Below are positions 35,583-44,229 of a stretch of 50,630 nt of DNA, in pieces. The notes beneath the pieces were generated by a model. It did not search any database, had not been told where the DNA came from, and saw only the letters and a list, made by a program, of their open reading frames with translations. Origin of the DNA: Planctomycetota bacterium. GTDB taxonomy: Bacteria; Planctomycetota; SZUA-567; H5-PLA8. The position numbers and the translations under genes are program-made. The stretch spans positions 1-50,630 of the forward strand of contig BTVV01000037.1 of the NCBI GenBank assembly GCA_045863855.1, given 5' to 3'. Every line of letters starts with the position of its first letter. The first letter of the stretch is position 1.

Positions 35583-36398
35583 ATGGGCAGCCTCAAGATC
35601 GGTGTCGCGCTGTGGTCGCTGGGTTCCACCAAGACCTTCGAGGAATTCGAGCTGCGGCTGGATCAGGCGGCGAGCGCCGGCGTGAAGGGCGTGCAACCGT
35701 GGTGCGTGGACGAGGCCAAGTGGGACCTGGTCTGCGCGCTCGACCCCGAACGCTGCGCGACGGCCGAACAGCGCCGCGCCGTGCGCCAGGCCGCCGAAAA
35801 GCGCGGGCTCGCCATCAGCGGCTTCTGCGCGCAGGTCGCCGGCCCCAAGACGCTGGGCGGCTTTGGCGAAGAAAAGGGCCTCGCCGGACGCTTGGCCAAG
35901 ACCCAGAAAGCGCTGCAGATGGCCGGCGAGATCGGTTCGCCGGTCGTCACCACGCACATCGGCCCGATCCCCGAGAACCGCGCCGACGCGGTTTACAAAC
36001 GCTTCGTCGAAAGCGTGAAGACGGTGATGGCCGACAGCGGCGAAGGGATTTTCGCGCTGGAGACCGGTCAGGAAAGCGCCGCGGGGCTCAAGCAGTTCAT
36101 CGAAGACGTGGCGCACCCGCGCTTGAAGGTGAACTACGATCCCGCCAACATGCTCAAGCACGGCGTGGTCGAAGGCGTCCCGATCCTGGCCCCGTTCATC
36201 GTGCACACGCACGCGAAGGACAAGCACCCCGTCACCGGCAAGCCCACCGTCGGGCAGGGCGCGGTGCCGTGGAGCGATTACCTCGCGGCGCTGAAGAAGA
36301 TCGGTTACAGCGGCTGGTACGCGCTGGAGGACGAGAGCGGCGCCGAAGACGTGCTGGCTTCGATCGCGAGCGGGCGGAAGTTTTTGGAAGCGTTTTAG
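35583..36398 (+). CDS. Sugar phosphate isomerase/epimerase (xylose isomerase-like TIM barrel)
   Basis: RBS AAGGAG; ALETGQE, VNYDPAN, HTHAKD, G.G.VPW, GY.G...LEDE. Confidence 0.92.
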   Translation: MGSLKIGVALWSLGSTKTFEEFELRLDQAASAGVKGVQPWCVDEAKWDLVCALDPERCATAEQRRAVRQAAEKRGLAISGFCAQVAGPKTLGGFGEEKGLAGRLAKTQKALQMAGEIGSPVVTTHIGPIPENRADAVYKRFVESVKTVMADSGEGIFALETGQESAAGLKQFIEDVAHPRLKVNYDPANMLKHGVVEGVPILAPFIVHTHAKDKHPVTGKPTVGQGAVPWSDYLAALKKIGYSGWYALEDESGAEDVLASIASGRKFLEAF

Positions 36399-36401
36399 CC
36401 T

Positions 36402-36422
36402 CAAACGGCAAACGCCAAACGG
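36402..36422 (+). repeat. Heptamer tandem repeat CAAACGG x3
   Basis: caaacgg-caaacgc-caaacgg immediately after the stop codon. Confidence 0.65.
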
Positions 36423-36464
36423 CAGGCATTCGACAAGCCCTAAAGTTGGGTTAGCTTCTCCGCC

Positions 36465-36965
36465 ATGACGCCCGTCGAGATGCCGAAAGCCAACGAGAAC
36501 CTCACCGAAGCCACGCTCGAACAGTGGCTGGTCCGCGAAGGCGATTCGGTCCAGAAGGACCAATCGATCTGCATCATCATCACCGATAAGGCCACCTTCG
36601 AGATGCCTTGCCCGGCGGCGGGCACCGTGCGCAAGATTTACGGAGAAGAACGCGCGGTGCTTCCGGTCGGCTACATTATGTGCGCCGTGGGCGCGCCGGA
36701 TGAAGCCGTGCCCGAAAGCTACGCCACGCGCAACACGCACACGCTCGCCACGCACCGCGGCGCGGTGACGGCCACGGGGGCCTCGCTGGGCGCTTCGGTC
36801 GCGCCGGCCGCCGCTCCTCAGGCGGTTCGAGCGACGCCCGCGGCTCGGCGCTTAGCCAAGGAGAAGGGCATCGACTTGGCGGCGGTGGCCGCCGGCATGA
36901 AGCTGCCCGGACCGGTCAACGAAAAAGACATCTTGGCCTTCCTGGAACGCGGTGGTTCTCAATAA
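36465..36965 (+). CDS. Stand-alone lipoyl domain plus peripheral-subunit-binding domain protein
   Basis: W.V.EGD.V...ITDKAT (lipoyl Lys) ...P.AG; ATPAARRLAKEKGIDL...G.V.EKDI; stop codon before any acyltransferase domain. Confidence 0.88.
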   Translation: MTPVEMPKANENLTEATLEQWLVREGDSVQKDQSICIIITDKATFEMPCPAAGTVRKIYGEERAVLPVGYIMCAVGAPDEAVPESYATRNTHTLATHRGAVTATGASLGASVAPAAAPQAVRATPAARRLAKEKGIDLAAVAAGMKLPGPVNEKDILAFLERGGSQ

Positions 36966-37058
36966 CTTTCGACAGAGCCGGGGGCTTCACGTACACTACC
37001 ACAATGTGCGCAACCGTCTGCGCGCACCTCACGGCGTTTGGTCCAAGGACATGACCCG

Positions 37059-37445
37059 ATGATCGTCGGCCTCGGGTTGGACATCGTGGAACTGGACCGG
37101 ATCCGCGCGATCTACCAGCGCCATCCGGAACGCTTTCCGCGCCGCATCCTCACTGAAGCCGAGGCCGCGTATGTGCTGCGGCACAAGGACCCCACCGAAC
37201 GCCTGGCCGGACGCTGGGCCGCCAAAGAGGCGGCGCTCAAAGCTTTGGGCACCGGTCTGGCCGCCGGGATCCGCTGGCGCGACGTGGAGATCCTGCCCGA
37301 CGCGCGCGGAAAACCCTGTCTGCATCTGCACGCCAAAGCCCGCGACCGCGCCGCCGAACTCGGCGCCACGCAAGGGCACGTGACCATCACGCACGGGCGC
37401 GATATCGCCGTCGCGCAGGTGATTCTGGAGCGGCTCGAACCATGA
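37059..37445 (+). CDS. acpS: Holo-ACP synthase
   Basis: MIVGLGLDIVE, LAGRWAAKEAALKALGTG, GKP, VTITH. Confidence 0.96.
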   Translation: MIVGLGLDIVELDRIRAIYQRHPERFPRRILTEAEAAYVLRHKDPTERLAGRWAAKEAALKALGTGLAAGIRWRDVEILPDARGKPCLHLHAKARDRAAELGATQGHVTITHGRDIAVAQVILERLEP

Positions 37446-38458
37446 CCGCGCCTCTGAACCGGATCGTGATCTTCGGCGCCGGGGCGCTTGGCGGCCTGCT
37501 CGGCGGGAAGCTCAGCCGCGTGGCGCCGGTGGTACTCGTCGCGCGACCGGCCATGGCCGCTGTGCTGCGCGCGCATGGGCTGCGCCTCGCCGGACAGTCC
37601 AACGAGACGATGGCCTGCGGGCCGAATTTTCAGGTCGTCTCCGATGCGGCGGCCGAACTTACGCTGCAACCCGGCGACGCCATCCTGCTGACCGTAAAAG
37701 CCGGCGCGGTCAGCGAAGCGCTGAACGACGTCGCGAGCCTGCCCCGCGCGCCGGGCACGCCCGCTCTGCCCCTTTTCGGTTTGCAGAACGGAACCGGATT
37801 CGAAGGCGCGCTGCACGCGGCGGCGGCACGCGGGTTTTGCCCGCTGCATGCCGTCGCGCATATCGGCGCGACGCTGGTCGAACCCGGCCTGATCGAAGAT
37901 TGGGGCGGCGAACTGTTGCTTCCCGAAGGTTCCGCGGGGCAGGCGCTGGCGGCGTTGCTCGCGAACGCCGGACTGAAGGCGCGTACGCTGCCCGACCTGG
38001 AAGTCTGGCGCTGGAAGAAGATCGCGTTCAACTGCGCGCTGAACGCACTGAGCGCGATTCTCGAAGTCCGCAACCGCGAGACGATCCGCCCCGAATGGCG
38101 CGCGCTGCGCAAGCAGGTGCTGTGCGAAGCCCGCGCGGCGGCGGCGTTGCACGGCGTGAATCTCCCGCCCACGGAAGCATTACTGGAAGAATTCGAAGGC
38201 CGCGCCAAGGCCAGCAACAACGTCAATTCGATGTGGCAGGACCTCCAGCGCGGGAGGCGGACCGAGGCCGCCTACCTTAATGGAGCGGTCGCCGAGCGCG
38301 TGGTGCTCAAAGAGCGTTGGGCGCCGGCGGCGAATGCCTGGCTGGCCCGGATCGTCCAGGAATTAGTGGACGCGCGCGACGAGACGGCGCAGGCGGAGAT
38401 CCGCCTGCGCGGCATCGCGCGTTTGCAGGCGCTGCAAGCTGGGGAAGCGCACGCGTGA
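37442..38458 (+). CDS. panE: Ketopantoate reductase family protein
   Basis: IFGAGALG, LTVKA, LQNG, WKKIAFNCALN, SMWQDL..GRRTE..YLNG; ATGA overlap with acpS. Confidence 0.88.
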   Translation: MTAPLNRIVIFGAGALGGLLGGKLSRVAPVVLVARPAMAAVLRAHGLRLAGQSNETMACGPNFQVVSDAAAELTLQPGDAILLTVKAGAVSEALNDVASLPRAPGTPALPLFGLQNGTGFEGALHAAAARGFCPLHAVAHIGATLVEPGLIEDWGGELLLPEGSAGQALAALLANAGLKARTLPDLEVWRWKKIAFNCALNALSAILEVRNRETIRPEWRALRKQVLCEARAAAALHGVNLPPTEALLEEFEGRAKASNNVNSMWQDLQRGRRTEAAYLNGAVAERVVLKERWAPAANAWLARIVQELVDARDETAQAEIRLRGIARLQALQAGEAHA

Positions 38459-41424
38459 ACACGCAAACCACGGGCCTCTATTCGGCGCTGCCCCCAGCCT
38501 GCCCGGCCTGCGGGACCGCGCTGCCCGAGCAGGCGCAGTATTGCCCCGGTTGCGGCCGGCGCATGCAGCCGCTGGTCAGCCATTCCGCCGAGACCGCCAC
38601 CGGTCTGCCGCCGGCCGCCGCCACCGCCGCTCCGGCGCCGCCGCCCATGCAGGCCACGCAATCGCTGGGACCGCCCGGCCAAAACGAGACCCGGACGCAA
38701 GCGCCGAGTGTGCAAGCCGAACTGCCGCAACGCTACAAAGTCATGCGCCTGATCGGGCGTGGCGGGATGGGCGTCGTCTTCCAGTGCATGGACGGCCTCC
38801 TCGAACGGCCCGTCGCGATCAAGCTGATGTCCGACCGCTATCGCCAGGACCCCAAGGCCGAGAAGCGTTTTCTCCGTGAAGCCCGCGCGCAGGCGACGAT
38901 CAACCACCCCAACGTCGCGCAGGTGCTCAACGTCGGCGTCACGGACCAAGGCCGGCCGTACCTGGTCATGGAGTACATCGAAGGGCGCGATTTGCGCGCG
39001 ATCATCCGCGAGCATCCCGACGGGGTGGATATCGTGCGCGCCTGCCGGCTGGCCGAAAAGGCCTGCGAAGGGCTCGCCGAAGCCCATGCGCGCGGCGTCG
39101 TGCACCGCGACCTGAAGCCGTCCAACCTCGTGGTGCTGCTCGATCACCGCGGGCGCGAACAGGTCAAGATCCTCGACCTGGGCCTCGCCAAGATCATCGG
39201 CGGCTCCACCGATCTTAAGACCATCACCGTCGATACCGCCAACATGCTTGTCGGGACGCCGGCGTACATGAGCCCCGAACAAGTCAGCGGAGCCGAGGTC
39301 GATCCGCGCGCGGACCTGTACTCGCTGGGCGTGATGCTCTTCGAACTCTTTACCGGACGGCTCCCTTTCGACAGCGAGACGCTGGAGGGCTGGTTGTACC
39401 AGCACCTGCACGCGCATCCGCCACTGCCTTCGACGCAGCGCGCAGAACTGGCCGAGGTTCCAGACCTCGACGCGCTGGTGCTGTGGTGCTTGGCCAAAAA
39501 TCCCGAGGACCGGCCGAGTAGCGCGGAAGAATTGGGCGAAGCGCTCAGCCGCGTCCGCGCGCACGTGCCGACGTACCTCACTTCGTCCTACGCCCAGCCC
39601 AAGCCCGTATCGTCCTCGGCCTTGCCGCCCAGCGGCCCCGGTCGCGGCGCGGACAGCAGCGTCTACGATCCGCAGGCGATTCGCCGTTCGCTGACGGCGC
39701 TGTACGCGCGCCCGGCCGGCGAAACCGCACCGCCCGCGCCGCCGCCTCCGGAGCTGGCCGAACGCGAGGAAGACGCGCCGCCCGATGCCGAGGAGATTCG
39801 GCGCGGGCATTTCCTGGAAATCTCGCGCGCGGCCGAAGTCTGCGAAGAGCAACAACAGTGGATCGACGCGATTACCAAATGGAAGGAAGCGCTCCAGTTC
39901 GCCGACGATCCGGAAGCCGTGAATTCGCAGATCGAATCGCTGAAGCGCGAAGTGGAATTCGAACGCTTCCTGGGCACGATCCGGCATTTCGCGACCGGCG
40001 GCGATTGGGCCAAGGCCGAAGCCGCGCTGGCCAGCGCCGCCGCGATGCGCCCGGCCGATCCGCGCATCCAGCAGGCCCGCGCGCGGCTGCCCCGGCGACT
40101 CGTCGAAAGCTGGCTCAAGAGCGTGCGGCAAAAACTGAGTGTCATTCCCGAAGGCCCGCCGCGCCGGCACCTCCTGCGCTGCATGACCGTCGCCCTCGCC
40201 AAGCTGGGCGACATGTCGCTGGTGATCGATCTGCTTCAAGAGCAGGTCCGCGACAAGGAAGCGCGCATTTCGTGCATGGCGCACGCCGCCGAAGCCGCCA
40301 TCCAGGCCGGGCTGCGCGAAGGCATGCGCCCCAACATCGAGCGCACGCTACATATCGCCGAGGAACTCCCCGATGGACTCGCGCGTTACCGGGCGTTCCT
40401 GGACATCGGGCGCGCGCTCGTCGCCTACGGCGACATCGAAGCCGCCGAGAAAATCCTCACCCGCGCGCGCGAAGGCTTCACGGCCAGCCTGCGCAGCCCC
40501 GAAGTGATGAAGCAGGTCATCAAGAACGCCGGCCTCACCACCACCCGCATCGGGCGCAGCCGCCGCTCCACGCGCCTCTCCGATTTCCAGACCGGCCAGA
40601 CGCCCAGCGGCAACCTGGCGACGATCGCCGAGATTCAGGCGCAGGCCGGGCTCGTCGCGTCGGCCACCGAAACCTGCGGCCTAATCGAAGACCCCTGGAT
40701 CCGCAGCCAGACGCTGGCGCAGGTGGCCGAAACGCTCGCGTTGCACGGGCGGCAGGCCGAAGGCGAACAGATCGCGCAGACCATCTCGTTGCGGCTGGCC
40801 AAGGCCAAAGCGCTCAGCGCCGCGGCGCTGGCGCGCATCCGCAAAGGCGACCTCGAAAGCGCCGCCAAGCTGGCCCGCGAGATCGGCAGTCCCGAAGCGC
40901 GCGTCCCCGTTCTCGCGCATCTGGCCGCCGCCTGGATCCAAGGCTCGGAACAGACGCGCGCGCAGAGCTTCCTGAAAGAAGCGCAGGAAGGCGGCGCCGA
41001 AATCAGCAGCCCCGGCACGCGCATCAGCGCGCTTCTGAAAGCCAGCGAGCCGCTCCTGCTTGCCGGGCGCGAAGACCTGGCCCTGCCCTTCCTTTCGCTG
41101 GCCGGACGGCTGATCGACGGGATCGAAGACCCCACCGAGCGCCTGCTCGATCTGCTCGAACTGGCCACCACGCGCCTCCACGGCGATCCCAACTGGGGCG
41201 AAGAGGCCAACCTGCCTACGCCGGTGCGCGACATCTTCGTCCGCGCGCTCGGCACGCTCCCGCGCGTCGCCAATCCCACCGACCGTGAGGAATGCCTCGA
41301 GAAGCTCGCGCAAGCCTTCGGCGAAGCCGGCGCCCACGAACTCGCCGACCAACTCCTCGCGCAGGTCCAGAACGACCAGGAGCGCGTCATCGTCCAGGTC
41401 GGGCTTGCCTTCAGCGTGCTGTAG
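38455..41424 (+). CDS. Hanks-type Ser/Thr protein kinase with N-terminal zinc ribbon and C-terminal helical repeats
   Basis: CPACG..CPGCG; GRGGMG.V, VAIK, HRDLKPSN, DLG, GTPAYMSPEQ, DLYSLG; GTGA overlap with panE; no TM segment evident. Confidence 0.95.
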   Translation: MNTQTTGLYSALPPACPACGTALPEQAQYCPGCGRRMQPLVSHSAETATGLPPAAATAAPAPPPMQATQSLGPPGQNETRTQAPSVQAELPQRYKVMRLIGRGGMGVVFQCMDGLLERPVAIKLMSDRYRQDPKAEKRFLREARAQATINHPNVAQVLNVGVTDQGRPYLVMEYIEGRDLRAIIREHPDGVDIVRACRLAEKACEGLAEAHARGVVHRDLKPSNLVVLLDHRGREQVKILDLGLAKIIGGSTDLKTITVDTANMLVGTPAYMSPEQVSGAEVDPRADLYSLGVMLFELFTGRLPFDSETLEGWLYQHLHAHPPLPSTQRAELAEVPDLDALVLWCLAKNPEDRPSSAEELGEALSRVRAHVPTYLTSSYAQPKPVSSSALPPSGPGRGADSSVYDPQAIRRSLTALYARPAGETAPPAPPPPELAEREEDAPPDAEEIRRGHFLEISRAAEVCEEQQQWIDAITKWKEALQFADDPEAVNSQIESLKREVEFERFLGTIRHFATGGDWAKAEAALASAAAMRPADPRIQQARARLPRRLVESWLKSVRQKLSVIPEGPPRRHLLRCMTVALAKLGDMSLVIDLLQEQVRDKEARISCMAHAAEAAIQAGLREGMRPNIERTLHIAEELPDGLARYRAFLDIGRALVAYGDIEAAEKILTRAREGFTASLRSPEVMKQVIKNAGLTTTRIGRSRRSTRLSDFQTGQTPSGNLATIAEIQAQAGLVASATETCGLIEDPWIRSQTLAQVAETLALHGRQAEGEQIAQTISLRLAKAKALSAAALARIRKGDLESAAKLAREIGSPEARVPVLAHLAAAWIQGSEQTRAQSFLKEAQEGGAEISSPGTRISALLKASEPLLLAGREDLALPFLSLAGRLIDGIEDPTERLLDLLELATTRLHGDPNWGEEANLPTPVRDIFVRALGTLPRVANPTDREECLEKLAQAFGEAGAHELADQLLAQVQNDQERVIVQVGLAFSVL

Positions 41425-41489
41425 CGTCGCGTGCGGCATCCGGTAACATGCCGGAGCCTTTTTTCCCCAATACCTCGTGGAGTCAGCGC

Positions 41490-42290
41490 GTGCCGGACCA
41501 GTGGGCCATCGTGACCGGAGCGTCCTCGGGCATCGGCGCAGCCATCGCGGAAGAACTCGCCGCCCGCCGCTGGTCCGTCGTCCTTGTCGGGCGCGACGAA
41601 GAGGCGCTGGCCCGCCAGGCCGCGAAGCTCGCCCCACACGGCGTCCGCACGCTCACGATCGCCGCCGACCTCTCCACTTCCGAAGGCTTGGCGCGGGTGC
41701 GCGCGCGCCTGGCCGAGGAAAAGCTCCCCGTTGCCGCGCTGGTCAACAACGCCGGCTTCGGGCTGCACGCCCCGTTCGAATCCACCGCTTCCGCCGACGA
41801 AGCGCGCATGATCGACTTGCAGCTCAAGGCGATGCTGGAACTGACCAAGACTTGCCTGCCGGGAATGCGCGAGCGCAAGCACGGCTACGTGCTCAACGTG
41901 GCTTCGGTCTACGCGTACAGCCCCGTCCCGCAGCAGGCGGTGTACGCGGCGTGCAAAGCGTTCATGCTCTCGTTTTCGCGCACGCTGGCGCTGGAACTGG
42001 ACGGTTCCGGGGTGAGCGTCACCGTGTTGTGCCCGGGCATCACGCAGACGAATTTCCGCGCGCGCGCGGGGATGAAGGAAAAGCGCTCGGCCTTCGGTTT
42101 AAGCGCCGCGGAAGTCGCGCGCATCGCGGTGCGCGGTATGCTGAGCGGGAAGCTCGTCGTCGTTCCCGGCTGGGGCAACACGCTCTACGTCTGCTGCGCG
42201 CGCTGGCTGCCCGCGGGACTGCTGGGCCGCTTCACGCGCTGGTTCAATCGCCGCCGCGGCTTGACGCCGCACGCCGGAGAGAAGGCATGA
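41490..42290 (+). CDS. Short-chain dehydrogenase/reductase
   Basis: TGASSGIG, LVNNAGFG, NVAS, YAACK, LCPG.T.T.F; GGAG before the GTG at 41490. Confidence 0.93.
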   Translation: MPDQWAIVTGASSGIGAAIAEELAARRWSVVLVGRDEEALARQAAKLAPHGVRTLTIAADLSTSEGLARVRARLAEEKLPVAALVNNAGFGLHAPFESTASADEARMIDLQLKAMLELTKTCLPGMRERKHGYVLNVASVYAYSPVPQQAVYAACKAFMLSFSRTLALELDGSGVSVTVLCPGITQTNFRARAGMKEKRSAFGLSAAEVARIAVRGMLSGKLVVVPGWGNTLYVCCARWLPAGLLGRFTRWFNRRRGLTPHAGEKA

Positions 42291-43987
42291 TCAAGGACAT
42301 GAAGTGGTGGGGCTGGGGCGATCCGGCCTTCGTCTTCCCGATGGACGAAAAGCCGCTCTTGTGGCCGTTCATTCGCAAGAGCCTCGGGCTGACCGAAGAC
42401 AGCCCGCAGACGCCGCCCGTCGACCGCGCGCAGGTCAAACTCCCCGAACGCCGCCGCGGCGCGGACTTCGAAGCCGCCGTCGCGGCGTTCCTCGAAGCCG
42501 GACAGATCGCCGCCGACGACGAGCAGCGCCTGATCCACACGTACGGCAAGAGCTTTCCCGATCTCTTCCGCGTCCGGCGCGGCATCGTCGCCAACGCGCC
42601 CGATCTGGTCCTCTTTCCCGAAAGCCACGAGGACGTCGAACGCATCGTCGCGGCGGCGCGCCAGACCGGCGTGCGCCTCGTCGCCTTCGGCGGCGGGACC
42701 AACATCGTCGGCGGCGTCGAGCATCTCGATCCCAGCGCCGTGCGCGTCACGCTCGACATGCGGCGCATGAACCGCGTCCTGGATATCGACCGGCATTCGT
42801 GGACCGCGACGATTCAGGCCGGAGCGCCCGGCCCCAAGCTCGAGGACGATTTGCAGGCGCTGGGCTTCTCGCTGGGGCACATGCCCGACTCCTTCGAGTT
42901 CGCGACGCTGGGCGGCTGGCTGGCCACGCGCAGCGCCGGGATGCAGTCCGACGCCTACGGCAAGATCGAAGACATGGTCGTCGCGCTCAAACTCGTCAGC
43001 CCCGCCGGCACCCTGAGCACCAGGCTGACGCCGAAATCCGCCGCCGGCCCCGACCTCGACCAGGTCGTCGTCGGCTCCGAAGGCGTCCTGGGCGTGATCA
43101 CCGAAGCGGTGATGAAGGTGCACCCCAACCCGGCCGTGAAAGATTACCACGGCGTACTCTTTCCCGATTTCGAATCGGGCAGCGAGGCGATCCGCGAAGT
43201 CATCGGCCGCCGAGCCGCGCCGACGATGTTCCGCCTGCAGGACGTCGACGAAACCCAGCTCGCCTTCTCGATGAAGTCCCCGTCCACCGGGATCTCCGGG
43301 TTCATCCAGAGCCAGGTGAAGAAGTACCTCAAGGCCAAGGGCTACGCGCAGCCGTGCCTGATGATGGTGGGCTTCGAAGGCGAAGCCGATTACGCCGCCG
43401 AGATGCGCCGGAAGGTCCTTCCGATGCTCAAGAAGCACCGCGGCTTTCACCTCGGCAATTCGGTCGGCAAGACGTGGGCGAAGAACAAATTCGCCGTGCC
43501 TTATCTGCGCGACATCCTGATGAACCACGGCTGCATGGTCGATGTCGCCGAAACGGCCGCCGTCTGGTCGAAGCTGATGCCGCTCTACCACGCCGCGCGC
43601 AACGCGATCAAGGAACAGTTCAAGAAGGAAGGCTACCCCGGCTACATCGGCTGCCACATCTCGCACTCGTACGTCGACGGCGCGTCGCTGTACTTCACCT
43701 TCGCCGCGCGGCAGATCGCCGGCCAGGAACTCGAACAGTACTACCGCTTCAAGCGCCTCATCACGCAGACGTTCATGGAAAACGGCGGCACGCTCACCCA
43801 CCACCACGCCGTGGGCTACGAACACCGCCCCTGGATGGAACGCGAACTCTCCCGCCCCGGTCTGGAGGTCCTTCGCGGCCTCAAGCGCACCCTCGATCCC
43901 GACAACATCATGAACCCCGGCAAGCTGATTCTGCCCGCCAGTGCGGAAGCGCTGGCGTCGGCGCCGGAGTTCGAAGTACCGCGGTAG
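42287..43987 (+). CDS. FAD-binding oxidoreductase, alkyldihydroxyacetonephosphate synthase-like
   Basis: KWWGWG, FGGGTN, GH.PDSFEFATLGGWLATRSAGMQS..YGKIED, GSEG.LGVIT, CHISH.Y..GASLYF, HHHAVG, DP.NIMNPGKL; ATGA overlap with the SDR gene. Confidence 0.9.
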   Translation: MIKDMKWWGWGDPAFVFPMDEKPLLWPFIRKSLGLTEDSPQTPPVDRAQVKLPERRRGADFEAAVAAFLEAGQIAADDEQRLIHTYGKSFPDLFRVRRGIVANAPDLVLFPESHEDVERIVAAARQTGVRLVAFGGGTNIVGGVEHLDPSAVRVTLDMRRMNRVLDIDRHSWTATIQAGAPGPKLEDDLQALGFSLGHMPDSFEFATLGGWLATRSAGMQSDAYGKIEDMVVALKLVSPAGTLSTRLTPKSAAGPDLDQVVVGSEGVLGVITEAVMKVHPNPAVKDYHGVLFPDFESGSEAIREVIGRRAAPTMFRLQDVDETQLAFSMKSPSTGISGFIQSQVKKYLKAKGYAQPCLMMVGFEGEADYAAEMRRKVLPMLKKHRGFHLGNSVGKTWAKNKFAVPYLRDILMNHGCMVDVAETAAVWSKLMPLYHAARNAIKEQFKKEGYPGYIGCHISHSYVDGASLYFTFAARQIAGQELEQYYRFKRLITQTFMENGGTLTHHHAVGYEHRPWMERELSRPGLEVLRGLKRTLDPDNIMNPGKLILPASAEALASAPEFEVPR

Positions 43988-44229
43988 GGCGGTGACCGGT
44001 GACGGCGCGCAGCGCCGGCGTCTCACGGGTTTCGCTAGAGGCCTGCGTCGGGTTCAGCGCGCGCCCGGTTGGGTGAAACGCCCCTGCCCTTTGCGCGCCC
44101 GCTTTTCCAACCGCCACCCGATCAACCCCAGCGCAGCGCACGCAAAGAGGAGGTTGATGCTCCACTTCAGACAGGCCAGGGCAAGACTATCTTCCAGTTC
44201 TACGATCCATGGAAACCCTGCCTTCGCCC

